The position numbers were made by a program, and so were the translations under genes. The notes under the pieces are model-generated. The model was not told the origin of the DNA, made no database searches, and saw only the letters and a list, made by a program, of their open reading frames with translations. Below, in pieces: positions 26,371 to 39,763 of a DNA stretch of 64,000 nt (the first letter of the stretch is position 1; every line of letters starts with the position of its first letter). Origin of the DNA: the human T2T-CHM13v2.0 reference genome, Homo sapiens; the NCBI RefSeq assembly GCF_009914755.1, contig NC_060938.1; one strand, written 5' to 3'.

Positions 26371-26619
26371 TGCCTTGCAGCACCAAAGTTGGAAAAAGGC
26401 AGAAGCCTAGCTGGATCTATTTCTACACCACTCAAAGTCTATTAGGGTTAATGCCCCTTGAGAGAAGGGCTTACAATTTTTCCTTCATTCTGCTTTGAAT
26501 CAGAGCCTTAAGGTTCAATTCAGTACTTACTTTAACAACCTCCAGGGCTATATCTATTTGCTGACTGTTTTTATTGAGTTAACTGTAGTTTGTTTTTATG
26601 TGAAAAGAGGAATACAGTT

Positions 26620-26790
26620 GATAGTTATTCAAGATTAACAAACTAGGTACTATTCTAAGCACTTTACATACTAAGCTTTCTTCTTCCCCTTCCCTCCCCA
26701 CTCATTGTCTCTATTGCACAGAGGAAGTAACTGAAGCTTAAGATAAATTAAAAAGAAATTACCTAAATAACCCAAGGCTCTTTGACTTTC
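26620..26790 (-). mobile_element. MIR fragment
   Basis: ctaggtactattctaagcactttacatac...tgcacagaggaagtaactgaagcttaaga. Confidence 0.6.
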
Positions 26791-27105
26791 AACACTGTTT
26801 GTCATTCCACTAATGTTGTAATTGCCACAAAAGAGCCTTTTTAACCTGAAACCTTGTCACTAATTCTTTTACTTTTCAGAGACAGCACCATAAATCTTCC
26901 TTACAACTTCAACTTGGTCGAAGTCTCAAACCAGTCATACCTTGGTTTAGCCCCCTGAAAGGTGGCTGATGGCTGGTGATGATGACTATGGGAACTTCTG
27001 CATGGCTGATACAGACAGTATACATGGTAGAAAGAGTTTAAGCTTTGGTATGAAAATAGGAGCAGGTGTCAGCAAGTGAAATTTTTAGACAGTGACATTA
27101 CTCAA

Positions 27106-27691
27106 TGTGTTAGACCATTCTTGCATTGCTATAAAGACATACCTGAGACTATGTAATTTATAAAGAAAAGAGGTTCAATTGTGTGAGGAATGGAGAAGTT
27201 CTTCAAAGTTTCTTAAAACCATAAAGAGTTTGTCATTTCTGTACTCTATGCATATCTATGTATGTTCAAATGCAGCTGCTCTGACTTGACCCGGCATGCC
27301 TGGACAGGGTTAAGTGAGCCCCAAACCATAGTGCACGCCATTCCTTATTTGGAAACCCTCCTGACCCTCTCATGACTAGCTTCCTCTTTTCTTTGTCCTC
27401 TTTCCCCTTTGCCTATTTAGAAAAGTTTCAAGCTGTTAGCCAATTGGGTCAAGCTTAGAACGTGAGGTCTCGTTCCAGCCAATGGAAATGGGACACAGCC
27501 ATAGGACCATTGTGTGAGTTTACAAAGATTATAAATGTCCCCGTCTCCTTTGTTTGAGTGTGCTCTCGCGGCAAGACTGCTAGCGAGTGGCACCCTTTCT
27601 GCAGAAAGTAAATAAGCCTTTCTGAGAGATCCTTTGTCTCAGTGTTGATTTTGTGACACCGAGCACCCGTTTCCAACAAATTGACTCACAG
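27106..27691 (-). mobile_element. MST (MaLR) LTR 3' fragment (27106-27181 and 27679-27691) split by an ERVL LTR
   Basis: tgtgttagaccattcttgcattgctataaagacatacctgagact...aaagaggttcaattg resumes as aattgactcacag after the insertion. Confidence 0.85.
27182..27678 (+). mobile_element. ERVL-class solo LTR (LTR47-like)
   Basis: TG...CA termini. Perfect 5-bp TSD AATTG at 27177-27181 and 27679-27683. Core agccaattgggtcaagcttaga...ccagccaatgg...gcaccctttctgcagaaagtaaa. Confidence 0.8.
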
Positions 27692-27800
27692 AATCTCAGG
27701 TATTTAGAGTCACTTTAACACAGGAGGCAGAGGTCGCAGTGAGCTGACACACCACTGCATTTCAGCCTGGGTGATGGGAGTGAAATCTGTCTCAAAAAAT
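27692..27800 (+). mobile_element. Alu right-arm fragment
   Basis: caggaggcagaggtcgcagtgagctg...ccactgcatttcagcctgggtgatgggagtgaaatctgtctcaaaaaa. Confidence 0.85.
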
Positions 27801-27946
27801 GCATACATACATATATATAGATATATAATGAAAAAAATATAAAATATATATATATATAAAATCTGCTTCTTGAGTCCTTGAGTCCTGTATATATATATAG
27901 GACTCAAATATATGTATATTTTTAAAATATATATATATTTATAAAA
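27801..27946. repeat. (TA)-rich low-complexity tract containing a hairpin
   Basis: Read directly from the sequence. Confidence 0.85.
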
Positions 27947-29409
27947 TGGCTGCTGTTTTCCAGGCCATCACTACCTATAATAGAGGAGATAGAAACATAC
28001 TCAGGCAACTCTAATGAATTATATAGTGTGAAAAATGCTATGCTAAGGTACCTGCAATGAAAGAAAAGGGAAGAAGAGATTAACTTCTCTGGGGTGGGTG
28101 GTGGGAATTGCTACCAATTTGTTAAAGCTCACTTGGTTCAGATATTATTTATTTTATCCTTAGGGACCACCTACTGAATTTTCTAGGAAGAAAACATTAA
28201 TTGTGTCACATATCCTTTTTTTCAGATAGAGAAATTATCAATCAACTCTTCAATTTTTCTTTTATGAATCAAACTAGCATTCCCCTCCTAAGAGCAGAGG
28301 GCTTATTCATAGCTATGTTTCTTTTTTTTTTTTTTATTTTTAGACAGGTAATTTTAACCATGAGTCAATGGTTTTCTAGCCTAAGGAGTCATTTTCTTAA
28401 CATTATAAAACCAATTATAAATCCTATTAACCTTTTAAATTTTGTTTTCCGGTTCCAGGATGAGACAGACAGACTTCCAGACAATGGGATTCCTGGATAA
28501 TTATTGTATTTATATAATTTTTTGGTCAGAGGACAAATGTTAAGGTGTAAGATATTAGAGAAATGTAAAGTTATTCATGGAAAAGTGTGTACTTATTTTT
28601 TTCCTGGAACAACAACTTCCTGAAGTTTCTTCAGTAAGCTGGTTAGAAAGCAGCTTATTGAGAAATGATACGGTGACTGTCATTTGCAAGCTCTCTACAT
28701 CTATCAGGTAAAGTGATTAAACCGGAATCCATCATTCAGCATAATTAATCAGCAAGACACAACAGTCCACGCTTGCATGTTGATTAATCTGTAGTTCAGG
28801 TACATACATGTCAAGCTTCAAGTTCATAGGAGAAATATATCCATCAGTGTTGCCACATGCGTTGCTATGCTCTATTGCAATTATAAAATGATTAGGTATT
28901 TTTTTTTAAAGAAGGGTGGTAAAGGGCTTTTTCCTAACCAGCTGCAAGTAAGGTCAGAGTTCTTCAAAGTCTGATAAATGGAAAACAAAAATTCAGTAAA
29001 ATGGATTTCTTTGTTTTTTTTAAAATTTATTTTAGGTTTTTTTCTGGAAGTGATGCCAAATAATTATCCACTTCTTAAATAGATTTCTGAGCTTAAAAGA
29101 CTTAAATATTTTTTATGTACTTATTGGGCACTTAGCATGCCCTAAATTACACAACAATGATTCCACAAGGTCCTTGTTCCCAAGAAGCCTGTGGTTTGGG
29201 GTTCAAAGGCCAATAGGGTTAAAAATGGCAATTGCTATCACCTTGGACTTCACTAGCATCGATCTGAGGTTTACTGTTTTGTAAGAAGATAGATGTCTTT
29301 ATAAAATTAGTTAACACAGTGTCTTAATAATGGTTTAGACACCTGAAATACATTTAAATTTCTCTGTAAACTCTTACAGTTTATTTTGTAAAACTCAAAT
29401 GTGTTTTGA

Positions 29410-29580
29410 TAGCAGAAGAGACCACAGTGGTTACCTGGTTGAATTCAATCATTTCACAAATGAGCAAAGCTCAGAGAGGATTAACTCACTCAAGCTCACC
29501 CAGCTGGTGGTTATCAACATCCAAATGCAAATTTATGGTTCACTTATCCAGTCTTCTGCTCCACTCTTCCATGCTACCTT
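29410..29580 (-). mobile_element. MIR3/MIR
   Basis: catttcacaaatgagcaaagctcagagaggattaactcactcaagctcacccagctgg. Confidence 0.7.
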
Positions 29581-29811
29581 TATTGAACCTTTTTAAAAAG
29601 TAGAAGGTAAAATGATTTGATATGGCTTCAGGATAGATTTTTTTTAAAATAAAGTTTTTTACACATACTGTTTTTAGCATTTAATTGTTTTTTTCTTATT
29701 ATGATAGTTTTAGCATAGAACTGTGATCCTTCCATATTCTTCCTACCTGCGTAATAACATTTACAAATACATATACACATACACATGGATATGGTTTGCA
29801 AAATAAGTGAT

Positions 29812-30085
29812 TATGATAAAATGAGTAAGTTTGAGGATATAATGTATAGCATGGTGACAATAGTTATACTGTATAGTTATACTATAATGTATACTTGAAA
29901 TTTAAGATAGTAGAACTTAAATGTTCTCACCATAAAACAAAAGGCAACTATGTGAGGTGATGGAGGTGTTAACTAATTTGACTATGGTCACCCTTTCATA
30001 ATATATACATATATCAAAGCATCAGTGGATACCTTGAATATATACAATTTTATTTGCCAATTATACCTCAATAGAGCAAGAAAAA
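29812..30085 (+). mobile_element. L1MA9-like 3' end
   Basis: gcatggtgacaatagtta...aactatgtgaggtgatggaggtgttaac...caattatacctcaatagagcaagaaaaa. Confidence 0.85.
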
Positions 30086-30104
30086 TGTGACTATGCTTTA
30101 TGTA

Positions 30105-30200
30105 TTGTTTAGTTTATAAGCATTTCTGTAAAAATTCCACTTCTGATTCTTTTTGTTTAGTTTATAAGTATTTCTATAAAGATTCCACTTCTGATTCTTT
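30105..30200. repeat. Tandem duplication, 2 x 48 bp, 3 mismatches
   Basis: ttgtttagtttataag(c/t)atttct(g/a)taaa(a/g)attccacttctgattcttt at 30105-30152 and 30153-30200. Confidence 0.95.
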
Positions 30201-32938
30201 AAGTCCCACTTTAATCACAATTTCCTACAGTATGGGTCTGAGTTTCCACTTTCCCAGTGACTACACCAATCTGTCAGTCTTACATTAAGCAAAAAGAAAT
30301 TTCTTTTTCTTGGCTACTATAATAACTGCTGTGTAATGATTTTGAGTGGGTCCTTCAGACTTACCCCTAATATTCTCAGAAATTGGGCTCTTGAAGAAGG
30401 TAGAGACTAGAGGGAGAAAGACGGCAAAAGAGTGCGTATGCTGGTATTTCTGATAAGTGCTGATACTTATGACAAATTTACAGTGTTTTTGTTAAACAAC
30501 TTAGAATGTGCATATTTAGTATTCATCATTTTGAATACTTCTTAGGTAACGGATATTGGTGGTAGAAAACCCTCAGACAGGAGACCTGGCATTAGCCACA
30601 TCCAAAAATGTGTAAGTGACTATCGCTGAACCCAGAAATGAGAAATGGCTTTGATTAGAACATGAAGTCAGAGGTTTCAAACACTTTGTCTCTTCAATAC
30701 CAAATTTTGAGTTCTACATTCTGTAGTATAGCTAACAACTAGGTAAGGCTGAAAAGGAGTCGATATTGTGGATGAGAGTTAAAATGGATTATGTTGTTTG
30801 AACTCTTCTCATTGTTGCTAAAATTAATGAATTTTAACTGTAGAAGTGTTTCAGGAAGTCCAAACACTTTAAATAAGAGCTTTTGCTGAGTGAAAGATAT
30901 TTATGATGAAATTTAGTTTCCTCTTAAATTTTGCCTTCCTAAGCCTGATAAAGTCATTCTCCAAAGGTTGTCTACTTTTTGATTAGTTTCTCTTTGATAA
31001 ATTAGGCTACAATGTCTTAGTGCTTGAAAAATTACAAAATCTATATAATAGATTTATTAAAAAAAAGGACAGAATGTAAAGAAACCCACACACAATAAAA
31101 AAGCACTTAATGTTGTTTTCTTCGTGAAAAGTTATTTGTATTCTTACAAAAAGGTAATCTAGTATATCCTTTCCTCTTTTCTGCTAAGCATCTCAATCCA
31201 TTAATAAACCAAATGTCTCATGTTAGGATATCACCAAATCTCTGACCTCATAAGCTCGCACTGCACATCTTAATAAACATTTTTAGAAATAATTGAGATA
31301 TCAAGAATTATTAGCAGCATTACGCCTTAATAGCCTGTTAAACCAACAGGAGGATACCCAAACAAGTATTTTCTTTGAGTAGCATGTGGCTAATTTACAA
31401 ACACTTTTTATACATTTCAATTTACTTGCACATATCACATCATTTATGGTAATCAAGAATAAAACAATGGGGTCCATTACCTACTGCGCCAAAATTTATA
31501 GCAAATTTTGCTATAAAATTAAAAAATTATGATTGGTAGTTCATAATTAAAATGTTAAAGTTTTTTAAGGGAAATTGTCAACCTCAATTCTGTGGTAACA
31601 TAATCCAGAAAACCTGCCTGGTTACACAAACTGAAAATGTGGCATTAAATGTTTTTTCAACACGGGAGTAGAAGAGATCATGAGACATTATTTTTCCTTT
31701 GGACTCTTGGATGTTGGTGAGAAAAAAAAAACTGTTGCTATCATGAAATGGCTTCTGTGAAGCAAGTAAAGTGTTATCTGAGGGAATACTTAAAATTATA
31801 AGGTTCACCTGCCAAAATGAGCTCTAGTATAACTTCTTAATCTGTTCTGGAATTGGCAAAGCTTTTTGAGACTTCGATGTAATTGGAGGTAATTATAGTT
31901 GATCATTGAATATTATGGAGGTTAAGGGATCTGAGCCTTCCTCACCATGCAGTTGAAAATCCACATGTAACTTTTGACTCCTCCAAAACCTAACTACTAA
32001 TAGTCTATTGTTGACTGGAGTCCTTTTTAAATATCTTTATAGTTTTTATTTTGTGGGTAAACAGTAGGTGTATATCTTTTTGGGGTACCTGAGATATTTT
32101 GATACAGACATGCAATGCATAATAATCACGTTGGGTTAAATGAGATATCCATCACTTCGAGCATTTATCGTTGGTGTTACAAACAATACAACTATATTTT
32201 TACTTTTTAAAAATGTATAATTAAGTTATTGATTATAGTCACTCTCTTGTACTGTCAAATACTAGATCTCTTTCATTCTTTCTATTTTTTTGTGCTAATT
32301 AACATTCCCACTTCCTCCCACTCCCCTACTACCCTTCCCAGCCTCTGAAAATAATTATTCTACCCTCTATCTGCATTAGTTCAATTGTTTTAATTTTTAG
32401 CTTTCACAAATAATTGAAAACATGTGAAGTTTGTCTTTCTATGCTTTGCTTATTTCACTTAATATAATGATGTCCAGTTCCATCCATGTTGTTGGAAATC
32501 ACAGGATCTCATTCTTTTTTATGGTTGAATAGTACTGCATTGTGTATATGTACCACATTTTCTTTATCCATTCATCTGTTGAGGGACACTTAGATTGCTT
32601 CCAAATCTTAGCTAATGCGAATTGTGCTGCAATAAACATGGGAGTGCAGATATTTTCTTAATAAACTGATTTCCTTTCTTTGGGTTATACAGCTAGGAGT
32701 AGGAGTGCTGGATTGTATGGTATCTCCATTTTTAACTTTTTGAGGACTCTCCAAGCTGTTGTTCGTAGTGCTTTTACTATTTACATTCCCACTAACGGTG
32801 TACAAGAGTTCCCTTTTCTCCCCATCTTCACCGACATTTGTTATTGCCTGTATTTTGGATAAAAGCCATTTTAACTGGGGTAAGATAATATCTCATTGTA
32901 GTTTTGATTTGCATTTCTCTGGTGATTAATGATGTTGA

Positions 32939-33329
<391 letters not shown>

Positions 33330-33960
33330 AGTTATTAGTTTTTTTCTATTAAGTTGTTTGAGACCATTTTATATTCTGGTTATTAATCCCTTTTTAGATG
33401 GATAGTTTGCAAATATTTTCTCCCATTCTGTGGGTTGTCTTTTCACGTTGTTGATTGTTTCCTTATTGTGCAGAAGCTTTTTAACTTGATATGATCCTGT
33501 TTGTCTATTTTTGCTTTGCTTGCCTATACTTATGAGGTATTACTCAACAATCTTTGACCAGATTAATGCCCTGTAGAGTTTCTCCAAAGTTTTCTTTTAG
33601 TAGTTTTATATATTTCAGGTCTTAGATTTAAGCTTTAAAACATTTTGATTTGACTTTTGTATATGGCAAGAGTTAAGGGTCTAATTTCACTCTTCTGCAT
33701 ATGAATATCCAGTCTTCCCAGCACTATTTATTGAAGAGACTGTCCTTTCCCCAATGTATGTTTGTGACATCTTTGTCAAAAATGGGTTCACTGTAAATGT
33801 ATGGATTTGTTTCTGGGTTCTCAATTCTTTTCCATTGGTCTATGTGTCTGCTTTTATGCCAGTAACATGCTGTTTTGTTTGCCCTACCTCTGTAGTACAA
33901 TTTGAAATCAAGTAATGTGACTCCTCCAGTTTTATTCTTTTTGCTTGGGATAGCTTTGGC

Positions 33961-33963
<3 letters not shown>

Positions 33964-34039
<76 letters not shown>
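33964..34039. repeat. Compound (TC)15(TG)23 microsatellite
   Basis: Read directly from the sequence; lies inside L1 ORF2. Confidence 0.97.
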
Positions 34040-34040
<1 letters not shown>

Positions 34041-36829
34041 TTCCACATAAATTTTAGGATTCTTTTTTCTGTATCTATGAGGAATGTCATTGGTATTTTA
34101 ATAGGGATTGTGTTGAATCTGTAGATAGCTTTGAGTAGTATGGACATTTTAACTACATTGATTCTTCCAATCCATGAACATGTAATATCTTTCATTTTTT
34201 GTGTGTCTTCTTATATTTATTTCATAAATGTTTTATAGTTTTCATTGTAAAGGTATTTCACTTCTTCAGTTAATTCCTAGGTATTTAGTTTTACCTGTGG
34301 CTATTGTAAAAGAGATTAGTTTTTTTCTTTTTAAGTTGTTTACTGTTGACATATAGAGTTGCTATTGATTTTTTGTGTTAATTTTGTATCCTGCAACTTT
34401 ATTGAATTTGTTTATAAGTTCTATAGTTATTTGATGGAGACTGTTAGGTTTTTATAAATATAAAATTGTATCATCTGCAAACAAGGATAATTTGACTTCT
34501 CTCCAATTTTGATGTCTTTTATATCTTTCTCTTGTCTGAATGCTATAGATAGGATTTCCAGTACTATATTGAATAATTATGGTGAAAGTGAACATGCTTG
34601 TCATGCTCCAGATTTTAGAGGAAAGGCTTTAAGTGTTTGCCCATTCAGTATGATACTAGTTGTGGGTCTGTCATATATGCCTTTTATTATGTTGAGGTAT
34701 ATTCATTATATATTCAGTGTTTTGAGGGATTTTATTATGAGGAAATGCTGACTTTTATCAAATGCTTTTTTCAGCGTCAATTGAAATGTTCATATGGCTT
34801 TTCTTCTTCATTCCGTTGATCTGACATATCACGTTGATTAATTTGTGTATATTGAACCATCTTTGCATCCCAGGGATAAATCCCACTTGGTCATGATGAA
34901 TGATCTTTGTAATGTTTAATTCAATTTTCTAGTATTTCGTTGAAGATTTTTGCATCAATGTTCATCAGGGACATTTGTCTATATTTTTCATGTATCTTTG
35001 GCTGATATCAGGGTATTACTGGCCTCACAGAATAACTTTGTAAGTCTCCCGTTCTCCTCTATTTTTCATAATACTTTGAGGATTGGTATTAGTTCTTTAA
35101 TTGATTAGTAGAATTCAGCAGCGAAGCCATTGGATCCCAGTCTTTTCTTTGCTAGAGACTTTTTATCACAGCTTTGATCTTGTTACTTGTTACTGGTCTC
35201 TTCGGGTTTTTGATTTCTTCGTAGTTCAATTGTGTTAAGTTGAATTAATATGTGTCTGCTAATTTATCCATTTCTTCTAGGTTTTCCAGTTTATTGGCAT
35301 ATAGTTGCTCATAGTAGCCCCAAATAATCCTTTGAATTTCTGTGGTATCAGTTTTAATGTTTCCTTTTACATCTGTAATTTTATTTACTTAGATCTTCTC
35401 TTTTTTTAGTCTAGCTAAAAGTTTGTCAATTTTGTTTATTCTTTCAAAAAAACCAATTTCATTGATTTTTTGATATTGTTTTCTTCATTTCAATTTCATT
35501 TATTTATGTTCTGATGTTTATTCTTTTCTTCTCCTAATTTGGGGTTTGGTTTGCTCATACTTTTCTAGTCCTTTAAGATGTATTGTTAGGTTATTTGAAG
35601 TCTTTCTTCTTCTTTGATGTATGGTGCTTATGGCTATAAAATTCTTAGTACTGCTTTTGCTGTATCCCATAGGTTTGGGTATTTTGTGTTTCCATTATCA
35701 TTTGTTTCAAGAAATTTCTCAATTTTCTTAATTTCTTTATTGACCCATTTGTCATTCAGGAGCATATTGTTTAATTTCTGTGTCTTTGTATAGTTTCCAA
35801 AATTTCTCCTGTTACAGATTTCTAGTTTTGTTCTATTGTGGTCAGATAAGATACCTGATATTATTTCTTTTTTTTTTTTTTGAATGTTTTAAAAGTTGTT
35901 TTGTGTCCTAACAAATGATCTATTCTCGAGAATGATTTAGGTGCTGAGGAGACGAATGTGTATTCTGTAGCCCTTGGATAAAATGTTCTGTAAATGTCTA
36001 TTAAGTCCATTTCTTATATAGTGCAGATTAAGTCCAAGGTTTCTTTGTTGATTTTCTCTCTTGATAAGCTGTCTAATTCTGGAACTGGGGAGTTGAATTC
36101 TCCAGCTCCTACTGTATTAGAGTCTATCTCTTCCTTTAGCTCTAGTAATATTTGCTTTTTATATGTGTGTGCTCCAGTTTGTGGTGCATACATATTTACA
36201 ATTGTTATAGCCTCTTGCTGAATTTACCCTTTAATTATTATATAATGATCTGATAAGATAAATAGCCAATTAACACATATTTTGTATATTTGATTATTAT
36301 ATACTATATTCCTACAATAAAGTAAGCTAGAGAAAATATTAAGAAAATAAAGAGAAAATATATTTATTATTAATTAAGTGGAAGTAGATCATCATAAAGG
36401 TCTTCATTCTAGCCTTTTTTAAGTTGAATGGGCTGAGGAGGAGGAGAAAGAGGTGGGGTTGGTTTTGCTCTCTCAGGAGTGGCAGAGGCAAAAGAAAATT
36501 TTCGTGTAAGTGGAACCACCACACAGTTCAAACGTGTGTTGTTCAAGGCTCTACTGTATCCTGAAAAGTAATTTATGACTTTTGTTGTGTTAACAGGTCT
36601 GTCTATTAATGTCTAATGTTACCTTGAAGAGTCTGTTTACCATATATAGACATATATACATTTCAAGTTCAATAAAACTTTGAGGAGGGAAAACAGAAAA
36701 ACCTGAGTTCTAGTTTTATGGGACCTAGGGTTCTAGGTGAATTTTAAATAAGTGAATGCCATTTTAACAATATGTCAAGTGACAGGTAGGCTTAGGTAAT
36801 TGTGATAAAGGTCAAGAGCAGAATAATTA

Positions 36830-38190
36830 TTAAATGTATGCCTTTTTGTTGTTATTGTTTTATTGCACTGACTAGAGCCTCTAATAGGATATTGAATAGA
36901 AAATATGTTATTGTACATCCTCACATTTTCTTGATCATTCACAAAAACAGTCAGTATTTCACAGTTAACTATGGTGTTAGCTGTAGGTTTTACATAAATG
37001 CCCTTTATCAGATTGGAGAATTTTCCAATTACTACTGGTTTGCTGAGAACCTTTATGTAAATCAGTGTTTAATGTTGTCAATTTTTTTCTGCATAGTGAT
37101 ACATTCATATGATAGTTTTTCTTTATTCTATGAACATGGTGAATTGTACTGGTTTTCAGATTGAAATGAATTTTTTTCTGGGTATACACAGTACTTGGTT
37201 ATGATGTTTTATTAATTGTATATGTTGCTGCATTTTTATTTGCTAATATTCTGGGAAAGAACTATATTTTCATGAGGAATATTGCTCTGCACTTCTCTAT
37301 TCTTGTATTGTCATTGTCAGTTCTTGACATCATAAAATGAGTTGGAAAGTGTTTTATTCTCTATTTTCTGAAAAATGTTATGTAGGATTAGTATTACTCC
37401 TTTCTTAAATGTTTGAGTTCACCAGTAAAGCCATCGGGGTGTAAAGTTTTGTCTGTGGGGAGGTTTTAGTCACAAATTTAGTTTCTTTGACTCCTTTAAG
37501 GCTATCAAAGATTTCCGTTTTTTCTTCAATACAATTTTGCAGTTTACATCTACCAAGGAATTTTTTGTATCTAAATTTTCTAATTTATTTTCATAAAATT
37601 GTTTATAATAATCTCTTGTTTAGTTAATGTCTGGATGATCTCCGGTTATGTTCACTCTCTCATTCCTGATATTGACGATTTTTATCCTCTCTCTCTCTAG
37701 ACACACACACACACACACACTCACACACACACTTGTGTGTGTGGGCATGTCTTCTTTTATTAGCCCAGCTAGAAGTATATCAATAGCGTTGATTTTTTTT
37801 CAAAGAAGCAAGTTTTGGTTTCATTGACTTTCTCTGCTTTTGTAAGTTGTCTATCAATAACATTTGCTCTTATCTTAACTTCCTGTATTGTATTGTAATT
37901 TGCTCTAGTTTTTCTAGTTTCTGAAGGGAGAAATTTTAATTATTGATTGAGATCATTCTTCTTTTCTAATATATAAATTGAAAATCACAAATTTCCCTTG
38001 AATAATTACTTTAGCTGCATTCCACAAATTTTGACATGTTGACTTTTGTAGACAATTGTATTTGACAATAATTTTTACACAATTAAGATGTGTAATTTAT
38101 ATATATATATACATACCAATAACTCAATCAAGGTACTGGGAATACCTGTCAACCCCAAGAGTTTCTTCATGACCATTTGCCCCTTTTTAG
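36830..38190 (-). mobile_element. Old L1 (L1M/L1ME) ORF2 fragment, plus a 3'-end fragment at about 38050-38190
   Basis: ttttattgcactgactagagcctctaataggatattgaataga...gctgcattccacaaattttgacatgtt. Contains (TC)n(AC)n at 37686-37743. Confidence 0.75.
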
Positions 38191-39366
38191 TTCTTATATT
38201 TTGCTTTTCTTTGCTCACTCTTCTATTCCTCCAGGCAAGTATTTTCTGCATAATGTTCAGAATTTATAGATGTTACCTAAAGATAGTTCACTACAGTAGA
38301 ATCATATCAGCCACAACCAGACACAGAAGTCTTTCCTACTTGCTTCTTATATTTTTTCTGACCTTTCTCTCAATTTTAAACTCTCAATTTTTAGCCATTG
38401 TTTCATTTATTGTGCCTGCCTCTGACAACCTCACTGGCACCTCAGTGTGTTACTACAATCTGATATTAGCTTAGAAACAAAAACTTCTGACTTAGTAGAA
38501 TTTGGTCTGAATTAAGAGTATATGGCCTCTAAGATATTCTTATATCCATAAAGATTATGAACCTTAATTACATATGTTGGCTGCTTGCAAAATTTATTTA
38601 ATCACTTCCGGGTTTTTGTTTTAGCTGTATTTTTAAAATTACAAACTCCCGTATGAAATTTGAAAAAGCAAGGTGTTTTTCTTATATGTGTACACAATCT
38701 CATTTAGACCTTCAGGCGCACTTTAAAAAATGTGAGCCATATTACCCAGCATCGTTCAACTCCTTAAGTGGAACATGCAAAAACCCCATCAACTTATTTG
38801 TATTAAATGTCAAAATAACATAATGATTTATGCATATTGATAAGGCTGAGTACATAGGATGAAAACTAAAATTCATTTTCAACCTTTGATAACCCAAGGT
38901 GGGTTTTTGAATGAAGACTTACTGCCAAACTTGCAACAATTTTTTTTAATAAAATGCAGCATTTGCTATTTTTTATATATAAAAAAGCTGTTCATAGGAT
39001 GTTCTTGTAAGTGAAAAGCCTTAGTAAGTTTTATGGCTCTGAGTTATCTTCATTAATACTTGAGTATATAACATAATATATACTAGAAGTGCTGAGTCTG
39101 TTGAATCAATACGTACTCACATGGCTTTAAAAGTGTTTGTTTAGTTTCTCAGTTTTTCTGTTCATATTTGATTTCAAAATGTTGTGTAGTGTTTTTCAAC
39201 TGAGCTACATTTGAAGTTCATGGATTTACCAATACCTTATGTACTTTTGAACTTTGCCTTCTGATTCTAAAAAATGCATGCCCTTTTTGTTCCATTCCAT
39301 TGGATAAAGATACATTGTTTGATATGTGTTTTGACTTCGATTTTATCTAAACAACCAATCCATATG

Positions 39367-39763
39367 TGCTGTGGTTTGGATATGGTTTATTTAGCCCTGT
39401 CAAGTCTCATGTTGAAATTTGAGGTATTTGGATTGTGGGGATGAATTCTTTTTGAATGGCTTGGCACCATTCTTTCAGAAGTCAGTGAGTTCTTATTAGT
39501 TCCTGTGAGAACTGGTTGTGGAAAGAGCCTGGCACCTCTTTCTCTCTCTCTTGCTTTCTCTCTCCACACATGTGATCTCCACACATGCTGGCCCCCATTT
39601 ACCTTCCACCATGAGTGGAAACAGCCTGAAGCCCTCACCAGAAGCAGGTACTGGTACCATGCTCTTCTTCAGCCTGCAGAACTGTGAGCTAAATAAGGCT
39701 TTTCTCTTTATAAATTGCCCAGAATAAAGTATTTCTTTATAGCAACACAAACAGACTAAGACA
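39367..39763 (+). mobile_element. MSTB-type MaLR solo LTR
   Basis: tgctgtggtttggatatggttt...gcagaactgtgagc...tatagcaacacaaacagactaagaca. 5-bp TSD atat(g/a). Confidence 0.9.

Noticed and set aside
30105-30200. Direct repeats as a CRISPR-like array
   Set aside because: Only two adjacent copies, no spacers, and the context is primate DNA.
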